From Negaprion brevirostris (Eukaryota), in the NCBI GenBank assembly GCA_030324005.1, contig JARDVH010000146.1, forward strand, positions 26,304,108 to 26,368,107: 64,000 nucleotides of DNA, read 5' to 3'. Shown here one piece after another: positions 13,423 to 27,710 of the stretch. The position numbers and the translations under genes were made by a program. Below the pieces are notes generated by a model. That model made no database searches. It had not been told where the DNA came from and worked only from the letters and a program-made list of their open reading frames with translations. Position 1 is the first letter of the stretch. Every line of letters starts with the position of its first letter.

Positions 13423-14289
13423 CTAAAAAAACAGAAAGCAATCTTTACAATTAACCCTTGTGGTTGCCCATGGTTAACATATTCGAAAAAGTTTCCTTTC
13501 ACTCAGCTTTTTGAGGATCTTATGCATACATACACATATACATTTTATGAAATCATTCCACAACTTTGTCATGCATCATTCACAGCAGAAGATACTGGCA
13601 AATATTTGTAACTGATGTGCCATGGTTGAATTGTTCTATTCTGAAGTTTAAATGTCCAGGAAAAGCTGCTTGATATCTGGCATTTTGAGTGTTTACATTT
13701 TTATGGAACACAAGAGACTACGTATGGCTAGTGAGACACCTCAAACGCAATTGTCCATCATTTTAACTAAATAAAACAATAACAGAATTTCCTATAATGG
13801 TATTAACATATTGGCCTGAATCTTCTAGTCTCTAGACTGTCAGAGATCAGAGGCATGCCCAAATGTATACCATGGGACCAGACTCTGTGAAAGTCCTGAT
13901 GCAAACTAATGTGCATCGGATTCCACTGATCACTGATGATGTCATTCCTTGGAAGATCTAGGTCATCAATAACATATCACAATTTCAGCCCAAATGTTTA
14001 ACATTGACTAATATTAGGCATTAATACGACTGGTCCAAGTTTAAATATAACGTTTGCCTAACTGCTTGATACAACGCAGATCAGCTTCTGCATTCTTTAT
14101 ATCTTGAAGGAAAACTCAATATATTTTGTAAACCAACACAATATGCACCTTTTTTAAAAAAAGTGATTGGATGATTATCTGCACTATGATACTGTGTTTC
14201 TAAGAAATGTATTTTAAATCATGTATCTGTTTTAGCAGTTTGCTTTATTAACACCGGTGCAGCTGGGTCTATATCCGGAAGCCCTATAT

Positions 14290-14966
14290 TGTTACTGCAG
14301 CATCATAATTGCTCCTAATTGCTAGAATGTTTGTTTTAACCTGAATTAGTGCTATTTTTAATGTTTTTCCCTAGGGATTTGCAGCATAGGCCTTGATTAG
14401 GTTAACTGACAGGAAAATCAAGTGACTAGGTGGAGCTAGGCTTACACAGAGATATCAAGCTCAGGGCTTTTTGGGAGCTCTGAGTCTCTCCGAAGTCTGG
14501 AGACTGGGATCTGCCAGAGACTAGGTTTATTTTTCTGAACTTCTGCTGTTTGAGGATATATTGTTCCCTGGAAACTGCTGTCTTGATCTCTATCCAGAGG
14601 TGTTAAAAGCCTGGAAATCTAGCATCCATGTTAGTACATCTGTTTGTGGTGCTAACTGGTTCTGAAGAAGAGCTAAATGTCTATGGGGCATTCTGCTTAT
14701 AATGGAACTATAGAGATAGCTAGCTGTTAAGAGTTATAACTTGTCACGTTAAAGCATTTACATTGGTAAATGTTATCCTAATTCTTCTGTTGTATTCTAA
14801 CTGGGTTCTTAAATAAACTTTGTTTTGATAAATACTTCCTAGTGGGTCAGTTGAATCATACCTGGAATGAAATATCTTATGCTCACCCTAATGCCAAAGT
14901 CATAAAAGTTGGGTCTAGGCTATCTTCACAATATACCTTGGAGTTCATGAACTGGTCCCCAACAAC
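14290..14966. mobile_element. Possible solo LTR
   Basis: TGTT...AACA ends and an internal AATAAA near 14812; no clear target-site duplication. Confidence 0.35.
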
Positions 14967-15659
14967 ACCATGATCTCTTGGAAATTTCCCAGAATTAATT
15001 TGGGGGAAGAAAAGATAAAATTGACTGGGACCACTCTAGAGCATACTGTACTGACTATTTACAGATAGTAGTAAATGTTTACTCAGGGAAAATTATAGAA
15101 ACTGGAAAAACATTATATAAAGTACAACTTTTTCCCCAATGAAGTGTTCTGCTAAATGCTCTTGTACATGATTGAGCTTATAATTGGGATAATCCTCTCA
15201 ATTCTGGTTGAGGCATCATTGTCGATTATCTTGTCATATGGAGTTTCATTCCTAAATATTTTAGGAGTTTAAACTTTTGACTTATTAACTCAGGATGTAA
15301 ACTGGCATTTTGTGTGGGATGCTAGATTAAAGGTATTGGATGGTGGCCTGTTACAATTTATCTCTTGCACTCAATTGCTTTTGTAACAAATTTCCACTGG
15401 CAGTCTATTAATGAGATGAAAGTTGACAAGTCTAACTCTGTGACTGTGAACTTGCCTTTGAATTTCCATTTTGTAATTTGATCTATTTTTCCTCCTCCAT
15501 TTTTTGTCTTCACTAAGCTAATTTTTCCATCAGAAGAGGAATTACATGAAATATATTGAATATTTGCATTGGTTAGTTTCCCCATATATGCTGGCGGCAC
15601 CCATTTTTACTTCACTGTCTCTCTTGATCCCGCCAATGTCTTTAACTGTCATACTGCTT

Positions 15660-16340
15660 ATCCAGCCTGCAGTACTGGATGAGCAGAAATTTGCTCCAAT
15701 TGAATTTTAAGATGATTGAAGCCATTGTCTTCAGTCCCTGCCATGAACTCCACCCTCACCATTAACTGCATCCCTCTCCTTGGCAACTTAGAGGCTGAAC
15801 CAGATTGTTTGCAACCTCAGTGAAACATTTGACAGCAAATTCAACTTCAACCACATATCTGCACCATGACAAGGATTGCCTATTTCACCTCTAATGATGT
15901 CTCACTCTGTTCCCTGCCTCAGCTATGAATGTTGGAATCCTCATATATACCTTTCTCACCTGTGGATTTGACTTTTCTAATGCACTACCATGTTCAATTG
16001 TCTGTAAATGCAAGGTCATCCAAAATTAAATTGCACATGTCCTAACTCACATCAAATCCCATTCACCCATCAACACTGCTACTCACTGACCTATATCAGC
16101 TCTTGGATAAACAATGCCTTGATTTTAAAATTCTTCCTATCTTTAAATCTCTGTGGTGTCCTCCAGACCACTGACCCTCCTGAGGTATCTGCATTCCTCC
16201 AATTCTTTTTGAGTATCACCAATTTTAATTGCTTCGTTACCAGTAGCTGTGCCTCGTGTTGCTTAAGCCTCAATTGCTGGAATTCCATCCCCTAGTCTCT
16301 CCTCTTCTCAACCTTACTTTCCTTCTTTAAGATCACTTTA
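15660..16340 (+). mobile_element. Degraded L2-like LINE fragment
   Basis: Resembles L2 ORF2 C-terminus (AYFHL, LDFSNALL, ILKFL-type stretches); related minus-strand ends near 11165-11340 and 22850-23100. Confidence 0.55.
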
Positions 16341-16682
16341 ATGGCCACCCAGTGATTTTCTGATTGGTATTTTACGTAGATCTATGTCATACTTGGTTTT
16401 AAATGCCTTCATGAGCCTTGTGACATCTTACAAGGTTAAAGGTGCTTAGAATGCACATATTGGGTTTAGACAGAGAATGCAACAAATATATGAAATACCA
16501 CCGAATAAATAACACCACTGGCTAAAAGGAGCATTGAAACTCAAACTGTACATTTCTTAAAGGATATCTTAAAGGAGATGTCTGAAATAAAAAGTTCAGA
16601 TAAATTCCATCAAATGAAAAGGAAAAAAAATTCCTCATTTTGGGAAATCATTTGCTTTTGAAGGAGATAACAAACTCATTAC

Positions 16683-16811
16683 CAAGTGGACATTGAGTTG
16701 CTCCCGGGCTGTCTCAGGTAAACCGCCAGTGGATTTAGATGCTGCCAACTGATTCTCAACTCGGTTCAACCACTGCAAAAATTCCTCAATCTCTTCATGA
16801 AATCCTTCAGC
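16683..16811 (-). CDS. MACF1: MACF1 exon ([14 protein letters not shown]...[15 protein letters not shown]), 129 nt
   Basis: catag / gtaatg; read by hand. Confidence 0.92.
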
Positions 16812-17229
16812 CTATGAAACAAGGAATATTCAGAAAAATTACCAATCGACTAACAAAAGATAGCTAATATCCACTCATAATATAGAAATCAAATGTCAAT
16901 GCAAATAGAATTCAAATCAAAATAATATGGAAGCAGCTTTTAGTTCTATCTGAAATAGTTTGCGTGTAATTAATTTGTACCAAAGCACATATTTAAGATC
17001 AACTCAGATTGGAACTTTAGTAATAATTTACTAAATTAAATATAATGCTACTGGCCCACTAGCATTTCCAAGGCCAAACATCAATCCTCAAAGAATCAAA
17101 ATGATATGAGAAAGTAATTTCTTGCAACGTTGCAAAAATGAAGCGACACAATATTAAAGGGAAAGTAGCTACATGGAAAGAAATTAGTAGAGATCAAAAG
17201 ACACAGTGTTACAGTTGAAAAGACGTCTT

Positions 17230-18990
17230 TCCGATTGGCGGATATTGGTTTAGCTCTGCAGCTGTGCTGTGTTTTATTCACTGTTTATATAAATTATCTG
17301 GTTTTAGACTAAGTACAATGGCATTGGTTTGCTGACAATATCAATTTAGAGGGCATGGCAAACTGCGGAGAAGAATACAGAATTTAGATTGGCTGGTGGA
17401 GGATCAGATAGGCTATTGATGCAGTGCAATGCAGAGAATTATTTGGTAGTACATTTTGGGAGAAATAATTAAAATATATTGTAAGCTGGAGAATTTTTCA
17501 GAGTGCAGGAACAAAGAGAATCAAGGATACAGATATACATATTTAACAATTGCCATTTAAGAACTGAAAAAAAACTTGAGGTTCTGAGTTTTATATGTAG
17601 GGACACATAACACAAATTCAGATGTGAAATTAACATTACAAATGACAATGGTTATGCTGTATTTGCCAATTTTAGGAATTCCAACATTGGACAAATATTG
17701 GAATTGCAGGACAAGCGTAAATATTCCCTAGAATTTGTTTCAAATGCTAAATTTATAAGATTGTTACATTTTGGGACTGTCTCTTCAATTTAAGCCAAAA
17801 TGGAGTAGAATGATCATGTGACTTTGTTCTGAATTCTGCTCAACAAGAAGCTTGGCTGCTCTGGGGATAACAAGGCCCAGTTGACTTACAGGGAGGAAGG
17901 TGTATCATGTTCATAACAATGACAAGAGTGGTTGTATTGAGATGGGCAGGCTGCTAATCTCCAAGTCTCACAGGGATGTGCTAGGAACGTCTAGTTTTAT
18001 AAATGGTTACACTTTAAACAGTCTGTTTAATTCCAAGATAAAAGAGAGTTGGGGAGGTCTAGAAGAAAGCTCATTAGTGTTTCTTCTCAATATAGGGATC
18101 ACGTGATTCATGTTGTGATGGAGATCAACTTAAGGAAAGGAAAAGTTCATACAGGGTTTCTAAGACATCCCCAAAACTCTTAGACACAAGTAAGTCAATC
18201 TGCAGCTGAGAGACAGGGATGGGGGCAGTTAGTTCTGCACCTCAAGTAGAAAAAATGACAACTCTATTGGTTGTCAACACAAAGAACTCGTGTTCAGATT
18301 GAAGAGATCAAGTTTATGAAGATTTGTCGAGAGAGAAAGAATCTCCAGTATAACCTTCAAAATGAAAGTCAGTTCTGGTATTAGAAGTTACCTGGTTGAG
18401 AAAGGAAAAGAAAGGAAACAAGTCATCAGAATCTAATAATTTTGGCTCTGAGAGAATAACGTGTTCACATAAAGGACAGCATAACATATAATCATGGCGT
18501 GGGACTTTTGGTTGGGTTAAAAGGTAAACATTGTTCTTCTGTCGTTCAGAGTATAAGGTGCCTATTGAATATTGTTTAGACAGTGTTTTTTTTTTTATTT
18601 GTTATTGCTTTTGGTTTGCTTGCTGCAAAAAGTTTTACAACTTGAAATCTTGTCATGTGTCAGTCACTGGGAATTCAAATTTTAAAAGAAAAAAGTTATC
18701 AGTCTTTATGAAGATCATAACAATTGATACCAGGAATAAGAGGCTTGCTATGAAAGACTACTGAAAGAATTATGACTTTCACTAGAACAGAGGCAGTTAA
18801 GGGAGGATTTAAAAGATAAAGATTACATAAATTGTTAAGGAATAAATATCAAAGATTATGAGTGATAAATAGAGTTTAAATTCAATCACTAGCAGAATGA
18901 AGGAGAAGTTACAGGATTTTTTTTTGTAATGGCTTTTACGAATTGGAATGTTTTATTGTAAATGACAGTTGAGACAAAGAGAGATAAGGA
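17230..18990 (+). mobile_element. Degraded CR1 interrupted by a probable solo LTR at 17762-18722
   Basis: CR1-like sequence rejoins across the insert (tttataagat / tgataccaggaataagagg); insert has TGTTA...TAACA ends. Confidence 0.6.
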
Positions 18991-19155
18991 CTGAGAATGC
19001 TGGAAATACTCAGTTGGATAAATAACATCTGTGGAGACAGAAGCAGAGATAACACTTGACATGTTAATTCTATTTCTCGCTCCACAGATAGTGTCTGGCT
19101 TGTTGAGTATTTCCAGTTTTTATTTCAGGTTTCCAGCACTTGCACCATTTTACTT
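18990..19155. repeat. Inverted pair of short Penelope-like terminal remnants; single-arm relatives at about 5480-5592 and 61040-61135
   Basis: gctggaaatactca...catctgtggag mirrored by ctccacagata...tgagtatttccag. Confidence 0.55.
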
Positions 19156-19524
19156 TAACATTAAGAGAATTTGACAAGTAGTTATGAAAAAAAGCATACG
19201 AGGCAAGAGCACAGAAATTGGACCATGTAACGGAATTGATGGTCTTTTTGCTTTGCAATTTCAAAGCTTCAGAATCAATTAATAGATTTTGGTGAAAGGG
19301 ATTTATAGGTTGATGTATAACCATAAACTCAATCTGTAATTATTTTCACCAATGCTAATTAATTTCCAATTGATCTCAGGGTGACTAGAGAAGGCAATTA
19401 CAGTTTAATTGCAACATAACACAGCATCATAAGCTGTGCCATGCAAATTCTGCCAGTAATTTGTTTTGGCCTCATGTACGTACTAAAGCCCAAAGTCTCC
19501 CAATATCCTACTCCTATTGAATAC

Positions 19525-19722
19525 CTGCTGTAGAGCAGCCTCCAGTTGCTGTTCTCTCCCTTCAGTTTTCTGAAGCAGCGACTGCCAGTTCTGATTTAAC
19601 TTATCTAATCGACGCTTTAGGTTACTGGCATCCTCTCCTGCACTTGACTCCAGAAGTTCATTCCCAGCTTTATTTACAGTGTCAACTGTTGACTTGTGGG
19701 CAAGCACATCATTCTTCAGGAC
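19525..19722 (-). CDS. MACF1: MACF1 exon ([10 protein letters not shown]...LEAALQQ), 198 nt
   Basis: catag / gtattc. Confidence 0.93.
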
Positions 19723-20551
19723 CTATGGAAGTTAAAGTGTCATTTACTGAAACATGCATACACAAGTTACCTGGATTTAACAAACATAAATTTTAAATAA
19801 AACAGTAGCATTGGAATTACACTGCAGCTTTTCAGCATCCGTAAAGAGAATAATAGGTGAACCCTCTAGTGTCCTGAGGTCTATCCTACACAAGCTGCAA
19901 TTTAGGTAAAACTGCCATCTCTACTCTAATCTAAAGACCAGCCCTTGCCCTCCACTAATAGCATCTTACTCTCAACATCCTATTTTAAATATCATTACTT
20001 CAGAACAATTCGCATTATGGTCTCTCCCTATATCCTTGGTCTTACCTCTCCACTTAGCACCTTTACTCTCATACTGGCCTTCAGAATACCATACCTCTTC
20101 TGAAACATCATCATTAGTAACTGAACCATCAGCCACCATAGCCTTGTCCTCTTGACTTTTTGATCCTTATTTCATCTCCTTCTACATTCAAAAGCTTGTA
20201 AAAGGTGAGATCAGCCATCATTTATTTTTGACACTGTAAAAATACAAGTCTGTCCTACATTATGCTTTCAATTCACTTGATGGAAAAGCACGTGACAAGG
20301 AATGTTGAGCTTGTACAGCTCAATAACGGATAGCAAAACACAGTCTAAACTTAACAGGGAGTTCAAGCTTACAATGAAAACGTTATTAATATGACATGGA
20401 TATTGCATAAAAGAGTAATTTAAGATTTAAGATATCATCCAAAATGCTTAATGCTATCACTTCGCAATGTCTTATCAATTATGCATGATGCTATGATCCA
20501 ATACATGATTATACAAGATAAACCTTTGCAGAGCTGTAACTTTTGACATAC

Positions 20552-20707
20552 ATGGTGCTTGGCAAGTTCAATTTCTATGGCTTTTGGATCCCCAGTAATT
20601 GGCCTTTGTCCATCCAGCAGCTCCTCTGTATGATTCAGCCAAGTCATAAGTTCAGCCAATGCATGTTGGAACTGACCCAGTGCCAGCAGGGCACCCTCCA
20701 CTTTGTG
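20552..20707 (-). CDS. MACF1: MACF1 exon ([13 protein letters not shown]...ELAKHH), 156 nt
   Basis: cacag / gtatgt. Confidence 0.93.
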
Positions 20708-21668
20708 CTGTGGAGAAAAAAAAAAGTTCATAGTTAATAATTCAGAATAAATATTCATGTTCTCTGAAATATTCCCCAAAGTCTTCCTTCAGGTTTGGTC
20801 AGTGAAGAAATATCCAGTCATTCTGAATATAAAAAAGCTGTCAAGTACAAAATATTGAAATAGGATTTCAAGGTCATTACGCTTGTGTACCAATCCACTG
20901 CACGCCAGGCAAGGGGTTTACTGCCCATCACCTTCCCGATTCCCTCTAATTCAGTCAGGGGTGGGAAATTTGAGGACAGGCTTACTGCCCGAAGGCCAAT
21001 TGAAGCCCTTAAGCAGTTAATGATCACTCAATAACTTCATGCTGCTGCCCCAGCGACCCAACATCTCATGGGGAGGCCACCAAGTAAAAGCTGGTGGTCT
21101 CCTTGTAGATTTGGGAGCTCTCCTGCTCTGGCACCATATGGCCTATGGAGGGTTGCCCAGCAGCCAGGTCTGCATCCCCGGAAAGACAGAACCTCTGGCA
21201 GTGCAGCATTGCCTCAGTACTAAATTATTGCGTCAGACTGGATTTTGCGCTCATGTATCTGGAGTGGGACTTGCACCCCAGTCTTTGGGCCAGTTGTTTA
21301 TATTGAGGAGTCTGACAAAGACATGAAAGCAAAGCTTAATGATCTTTAATAGCTTTTTGTTAAATAAAATACTTCACAATATAGGACTTATATTCTTTGT
21401 CAATTTAGTGCTGCACTAAATATGCCAACTTGATTGTTTCACTTTAATCCCCCCCAATATCTTCAATGTATGCCAATTTGCTCAGTGTAAATCACGAAGC
21501 TAATTGCACAATTGTCATGGTCTGTTTCCTTTCATGGACCTTCGTGACTTCTGTTGTTATCTGCACAATGCCGCAATTCTAGGCTCCTGCATTGGGAAAT
21601 CTACACGAACATTATCAACACATGAAAAAATGTATTTGCAAATTAAAGTTGCAGCAGACTGCTTGTAC

Positions 21669-21842
21669 CTGTCTGTGAATAATCTTTTCTCCCAGATCTT
21701 CCCAGAGATGCTTGAGCTCGGTGAGTGGCTGCTGAATTAGGTCCCGGTCCGTGTCATCTGAGGCTCTTTTAAGCAGTAGCTCCCCCTGATGGTTCAGTTT
21801 TTCCATCTCTATTTGCTGCTGGTAAACCTCCATTTTAAATTC
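21669..21842 (-). CDS. MACF1: MACF1 exon (EFKMEVYQQQIEME...KIIHRQ), 174 nt
   Basis: cacag / gtacaa. Confidence 0.93.
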
Positions 21843-22418
21843 CTGTGGATTGCAAGTGCAGTGGGAAAGTTAAGTGATATCCATTAGGGCATGTCAAATT
21901 TCAACAAGAATGTAAATTTAAAATCCAAGCCACTGTGTGACTGTTTCTTCCCCTTCTACCATCCTCACCAGTTTTCCCCCCCTCAACCTTTGTGTTGCTG
22001 CAGTATAGGTTCATGGACATTGGTTGTTTGACAGGGTACCATACTTTATTTACTAGCTGGACAATAATGTCAGAAGGCTATAATATAAAGGGGACATCCT
22101 AATGGGCTTGATTCTGTCCTCACTTGAAGTCTAGAGGCTTTTCCCTCCCTATGCCAATGATTCCAAGGCTGACAATGCTACTGCTGTTACCCAAGTCAAT
22201 CAACATAGCACAGCCATAGCACTTTGTGCTCAATATAGTTCAGCTATTCACTGCCTATATCAGTTGAGCCATGAAATGATGGACATGTGGTAGATTTTTT
22301 CAATCCAGTCAAAGGAGCGATTGTTCACATTAGATGAAGCTATTATGAAATGGATAAGAATCGAATGTGCTAACAGAAAAAGTGGAAATGGACAACTACT
22401 TTTCTTTCATTGACCCAC

Positions 22419-22520
22419 CTTCATTTCGTTTATTTGTTGCTTCACAGTGCTGATGTCTGTGCCAACTGGAGACATCTCACCAAGTTTTATTACTGTGTTA
22501 TCCAGCCAGTCAAACATTGC
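22419..22520 (-). CDS. MACF1: MACF1 exon ([13 protein letters not shown]...QINEMK), 102 nt
   Basis: tttag / gtgggt; preceded by an 89-nt intron. Confidence 0.92.
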
Positions 22521-22609
22521 CTAAAAAATTCACAATAGATTAGGAAACATCATTTCACTCTATTCATGTTTACACTGATACTATACAGAACATTCAGAAC
22601 ATTCCTTAC

Positions 22610-22711
22610 TTGCAATGAATCTTGGTATTGTACAGCTGCCTGCATGACCTCCTCCAGTTTGTCCATCCGTTCCTTCCATGCTTTGTTCAGGTTATCCCAA
22701 GTGTAATTAAG
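22610..22711 (-). CDS. MACF1: MACF1 exon ([12 protein letters not shown]...YQDSLQ), 102 nt
   Basis: tctag / gtaagg; read by hand. Confidence 0.92.
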
Positions 22712-23304
22712 CTAGAAATAGTTATGACACAATCCATTAGAATAGAAGCATGGTCAAACAACAACAACGTGCAATTACATAGCATCTTCAACACAGTAAG
22801 ACATTCAAATACACTGTACAGAAATATAATCAGATAAAACAAGCTACCAAGACATTTAAGGTATTAGGAGCGATGGCCAAAAGTTTGGCTAAAGTGAGGA
22901 GTTTCAAGTGGTGGCTTAGAAGAGGAGAGGTGAAAATGTTTAAGGAAGGAATTCCAAAACTTAGGGGGTGCTAGTAGGTCAAGGCACTATGAATGGTGAA
23001 AAAATGAAAATTGCAAAAGGCCAGAAGTGGAGGAGTGCAGAGACCTCAGAAGATTTGGCAGGCTGGGGGAAATTACAGGAATAGGGAGGGGCAGCATTTC
23101 CTGAAAATGACCTGCATAGTTTAGTGCTTCCCATTTATTGGCTCACTCTGCATTCAAACAAATTCTCATACTTTATTCATATTTTTCCAACAAAGTGTCA
23201 GCCAAGGTAGAACACACTGATTGTATGACAGACCAGTGTCAGACTGCTACAAACTTTTGATCATAGTTTAGATACAAATTAAGTATTCTTGGTTCTGACA
23301 TTAA

Positions 23305-24070
23305 AGGCCTAATTTTACATTGCATTACACCCATTTTAGTAAAGTTGGGCAAGAAGTGAATAGTATGATCCACGCCTGCCTCAGTGCCAGTTCCCCCTTT
23401 ACCAAGGCCCGAAAATGGCTGCATGCATTTAAATTGACTTAATGGGCTACATGCCCAACTTTACCGACACTCCCCTCTTTATCACTGCGTTTGCCCATCT
23501 AGAATCAGTGTGAAACAGACATGCTTCATATAAATCCGATTTGGGAGCTCCAGATAGTGAGGAGGTAAATGCTTAGCGTCCAATGGCTCTCTGCTTGAGA
23601 CTGATGGGAGGGTCTGCTGCCACTGTGGCTGAGATTGGGTGGGTGGGGGGGATAAGGGGGTCATTNNNNNNNNNNNNNNNNNNNNNNNNNNNNNNNNNNN
23701 NNNNNNNNNNNNNNNNNNNNNNNNNNNNNNNNNNNNNNNNNNNNNNNNNNNNNNNNNNNNNNNNNTGTTGTGGGGGTGGGGTAATATCTGTGAGGGCCCG
23801 AGGGAGGCATTAGCTGGCTCAGGAGGGAAAGGGCAAGGAAGCACAGCATTCTATCTTTTTTTCTGTGCATGCGCAGTTGGAGGCACCGATCGAAACTAGA
23901 GGTTTCAGCACATTAAGCCTTGCCCGCAAGCTTCTGCAGCATGATTAGGACTCGCTGATATTTTTGCAGGCGGTGCGCATATGGGGACACCTCAGAACAG
24001 GTTGGATCTGAAACAGTCCCAGTTTCAAGTCCACTCAGCACTTAGAAACAAAATGGTAAAATAGGGCCCT
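23305..24070. mobile_element. GC-rich non-autonomous DNA-transposon/MITE-like element
   Basis: Imperfect terminal inverted repeats aggcctaattttaca / tggtaaaatagggccct, CpG-rich interior, internal gap. Confidence 0.5.
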
Positions 24071-24699
24071 GAGTGTTTAATCATGGTTATTGTAATTCGT
24101 CTTCCAGATTTACCTGTCATACAGATAACGAACTGATTTTTCATCAAGCCAGCCAACGTTACAAAGAAGACTCATTTCGAAGTTATGTGGGTTGCAGATT
24201 TGGGGTCATTATCAGATTTGCCATGATCTTATGAAATGACAGAGCAGAATGGAAGGACCAAATTGCCTACTCCTTGTTAGTTTGTTTTAGATAAACAAAT
24301 TATCTGTTAAGGCAATAACATTGTTCAAATGGGCAGGCTATTAAAATATATTTTGTTGAAATATCATCTCAGCAAACCTTTGGCACAACATTCATTTGAA
24401 CAAAGAAAAATGGACTTGACCTTGGGTAGGATTTTAGAAGCCAAAGCACATTAGAGGGGGAGCTATATGCAATGTACATAACGTTGCATTGCATGACATG
24501 TTATGCAACCTTCAATAGTATTACTTTTGGGGATATCATATTGCTTATGATTGAATATCTAAATATTCTCCATTAGTGAAATACTCAATTAACTTGGCAC
24601 TAGTCTCACATCTATTGGCCTCTTGGTCAAGTTCTTTCATACTGGTATCACCCATAGCACACATAATTCATCACTCATCATTTCAATTTAATATTTTAC

Positions 24700-24822
24700 C
24701 TCATCTATGCTTTTCTTCACTTCTGGTTTTTCAAATTCTCCACAAGCAAAGATAAGGTCTGCTCCCAAGATTCGCACAAATTCCAGCTCCTCATGGAGCC
24801 CATCTGTCTCCTCTTTAATTGT
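24700..24822 (-). CDS. MACF1: MACF1 exon ([14 protein letters not shown]...VKKSIDE), 123 nt
   Basis: ttcag / gtaaaa; read by hand. Confidence 0.92.
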
Positions 24823-25006
24823 CTGAAATCAACAGAATATTACCAGGAAATTGTTATTAATCGTGTGCACTTACCTTACTACATTCTGTTGTTTTATATC
24901 AGACTTATTGTGATTCCAAACAAGACAAATAAATGAGCATGCAACATGACTAAAACAGATTTTTTAATAAAAACTAACGAAATTCACATTTGAACCATAT
25001 CCATAC

Positions 25007-25233
25007 CTCTGCAGCCTCCTGCTGTTGTTTAATGATTGATGGGTCAATACCAGGATTCTCCAGGTCTCGCACTATATCCTGTGTGTCTTTAATAGTGGTC
25101 AGCAATGCAGCCATGTCACACCAGAACTTTTCAGCCAGGTCAAGCACATCCAGAAGTTTAATATCTCTCTCTTCACCACGAGCTTTGATATCTTCCCAGT
25201 AAAATATCATCTCATCCAATTTGTCTTGAATGG
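25007..25233 (-). CDS. MACF1: MACF1 exon ([12 protein letters not shown]...QQQEAAE), 227 nt, phase 1-0
   Basis: tttag / gtatgg. Confidence 0.93.
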
Positions 25234-26311
25234 CTAAATTATTACAAGTTGGGAAAAAAAAGCTAGACTATTTAAAGTGGTCATTATATGGTAATATAAC
25301 GATTGAATGCTGCTAGAAATGAGGCCAGAGCATACAATAAAGCATGTTAGACTCTTCAAAAAGTGACTATTCGGAGCTGTTTGATGAAGTTCACTGTATA
25401 GAACCCTTTCCAAATTGGATCAAATACCCAAATGTACAAGAACACTTGGCAAGAGCTTTGAGAATTTGTGTTTGTCTAAAACGGTATTAAATGGACTAAG
25501 TTAGTTTTTTGCAACAAATTCTAATAATCCACATACTTGATGTCCCCATTTCAGAGTTGGGGATAAAATGATTACAGCCTTTGATAAATATAGAATACAA
25601 CTGAATGCACCATACTCAAGATCTCTCCCAGCTGAGAGAATTGGAACAAAATGCAAACACAAAGGGATGCTTTGCTTTCTGTCACTGAACACAACATGAA
25701 TTAACAGCCATTTTATTCAGCCAAATAAAGATACAGGACAGAGGCACTAAAAGGCAAAGAGATCTTTATCTTTTGTTAACCTTCCAACTCACTAAAATGT
25801 GACAGAACTTATCACAAGGAGAAAGAACACATTCCGTTGTGAAGCTCTGATAAATTGAATAGGTCAGTTATATCTGTGATTAACTTGATCGGTAGGTCAC
25901 CACTATTTCCTTTGTAAAACACCTATCACTTGTTTGCAAATGTATTTGAATAGTGGAATTAAGTTTGTTTTGCCATTCATTTTACTGTTGTCTGTAGGAG
26001 CTTCTACTGCACAAAGCCGCTGCATCATGTGTGTAATTTAGAACAGTGGCTAATCTTCAATAATAATCACTGGTTGCGTGGAATTTCATTATGTGCTAAA
26101 GTGAAAATCTTCTCATTCAGTTATGTTCCTTGTATTTGGTAAAACACAAATTTAAGGAAAAACAGATACAGTATCATGTTACCATCAAGCTTTTAAAAGT
26201 TGAAATTAGAAAACACATTGTCTTCCCAGAATATCAATTTTATTGCTTCCGGATAATGTTCAAAACTTCTGATTTCTGAATGTATCCTTCCAATGGGTCT
26301 GAAAATATTTT

Positions 26312-26576
26312 AGAGGGCTGTATCAGGATGTTGCCTGGTATGGAGGGGAGGTCCTATGAGGAGAGACTGAGGGATCTGGGGTTGTTTTCACTGGAAAGAA
26401 NNNNNNNNNNNNNNNNNNNNNNNNNNNNNNNNNNNNNNNNNNNNNNNNNNNNNNNNNNNNNNNNNNNNNNNNNNNNNNNNNNNNNNNNNNNNNNNNNNNN
26501 TTTTTTTTAAAAGCTGGTCGGCGCAACATCGTGGGCCGAAGGGCCTGTTCTGCGCTGTAGTGTTCTATGTTCTATG
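26312..26576 (+). mobile_element. CR1/HER1-like LINE 3' end spanning a gap
   Basis: RMLPGMEGRSYEERLRDLGLFSLER and a (TGTTCTA)n tail. Confidence 0.8.
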
Positions 26577-26752
26577 TATCTTGAATTTGGTTTAACATCT
26601 GAAGAACAGATTCAGGAATTCAGACAGAATTTTAATGAAGAAACTATTAGCTTCTAATTTGAATTGTTAGATTGTATATCGTCAGTGGGCTTTATAGAGG
26701 CGAATAGACTTGTGATTATGCACAAATTTAAAAAAAACTTAATATTCAGTAC

Positions 26753-26984
26753 CTTTAGCTGCAGGATCCTCATCTGCTCCAGTTGACCGTCCAATTAGCT
26801 CTTCACCACGACGTTTAAGAGCTTCAAAAGACGGCTGAAGCTTTTCTAGCTCCATTGCAATATTTTTGTTCTCATTGATGTGCTCTTTAATCTTCTCAAC
26901 CTCGGCAGGTATCGATGGAGGCATCCGCATTCGATCAGCGATGTGTTCCAGGGACTCTAACATCGGATCAATCTTATCATGGAA
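26753..26984 (-). CDS. MACF1: MACF1 exon ([12 protein letters not shown]...DPAAK), 232 nt, phase 0-1
   Basis: tttag / gtactg. Confidence 0.93.
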
Positions 26985-27710
26985 CTAAACAGATCATAAG
27001 AGTAATTGGCATTGACTGAAAATTTTCTCAGAATTATTGTTCATCTGAAATTGTCTGTGCAGCAGGAACTATCTCAGTCCAAACTCAAGAAAAGCAATGA
27101 GCAGCAACACTTTAATAGACATTTTGCAGTAAAAACATGCATAGCATTTAAGTAAAATCTGTTCTTGTATCCATGTTTATAAAAAAACGCCTAACTTATT
27201 GAGGGATCGAATAATCCACTTAATTGAAGGCAGCCGATTCACCTAGATTTCCATATGATGTTGAGAAATGTTTCTATAAATCTTCTAAAAAACACATGAA
27301 ACTAGTGGAAAGAAAACAGAAATATTGACACTCTTGCATCAAATGTAATTCCATTTTTGTAGTTGGAGAAAGGGGAATTTATTCTGTGTAAGCTAAACAC
27401 AGATATTTTATTTTCCATTTCTGTTCCAACTTGGGACTACTGAAAGATTTGACCTGAGTGTTATAAAACTGTGTTACAATTATGACTAACAGTTGGGATT
27501 GGCATCTTGCTGTAAACAATCCACAAGCAAATTAGAATTCATTATGGCAAGTTATATTTTTTATGCAACTGTACAAAATGAAGACCAAAATGAGCAATTT
27601 TTAAAAATAAATATATAATGAAACAATTTTGAGATTACATAATTTATTTCATTTAGCATTTGGAATTGTTTGTTTACAATCTTGCATTTATCAAACATTT
27701 ATTTAGCAAA

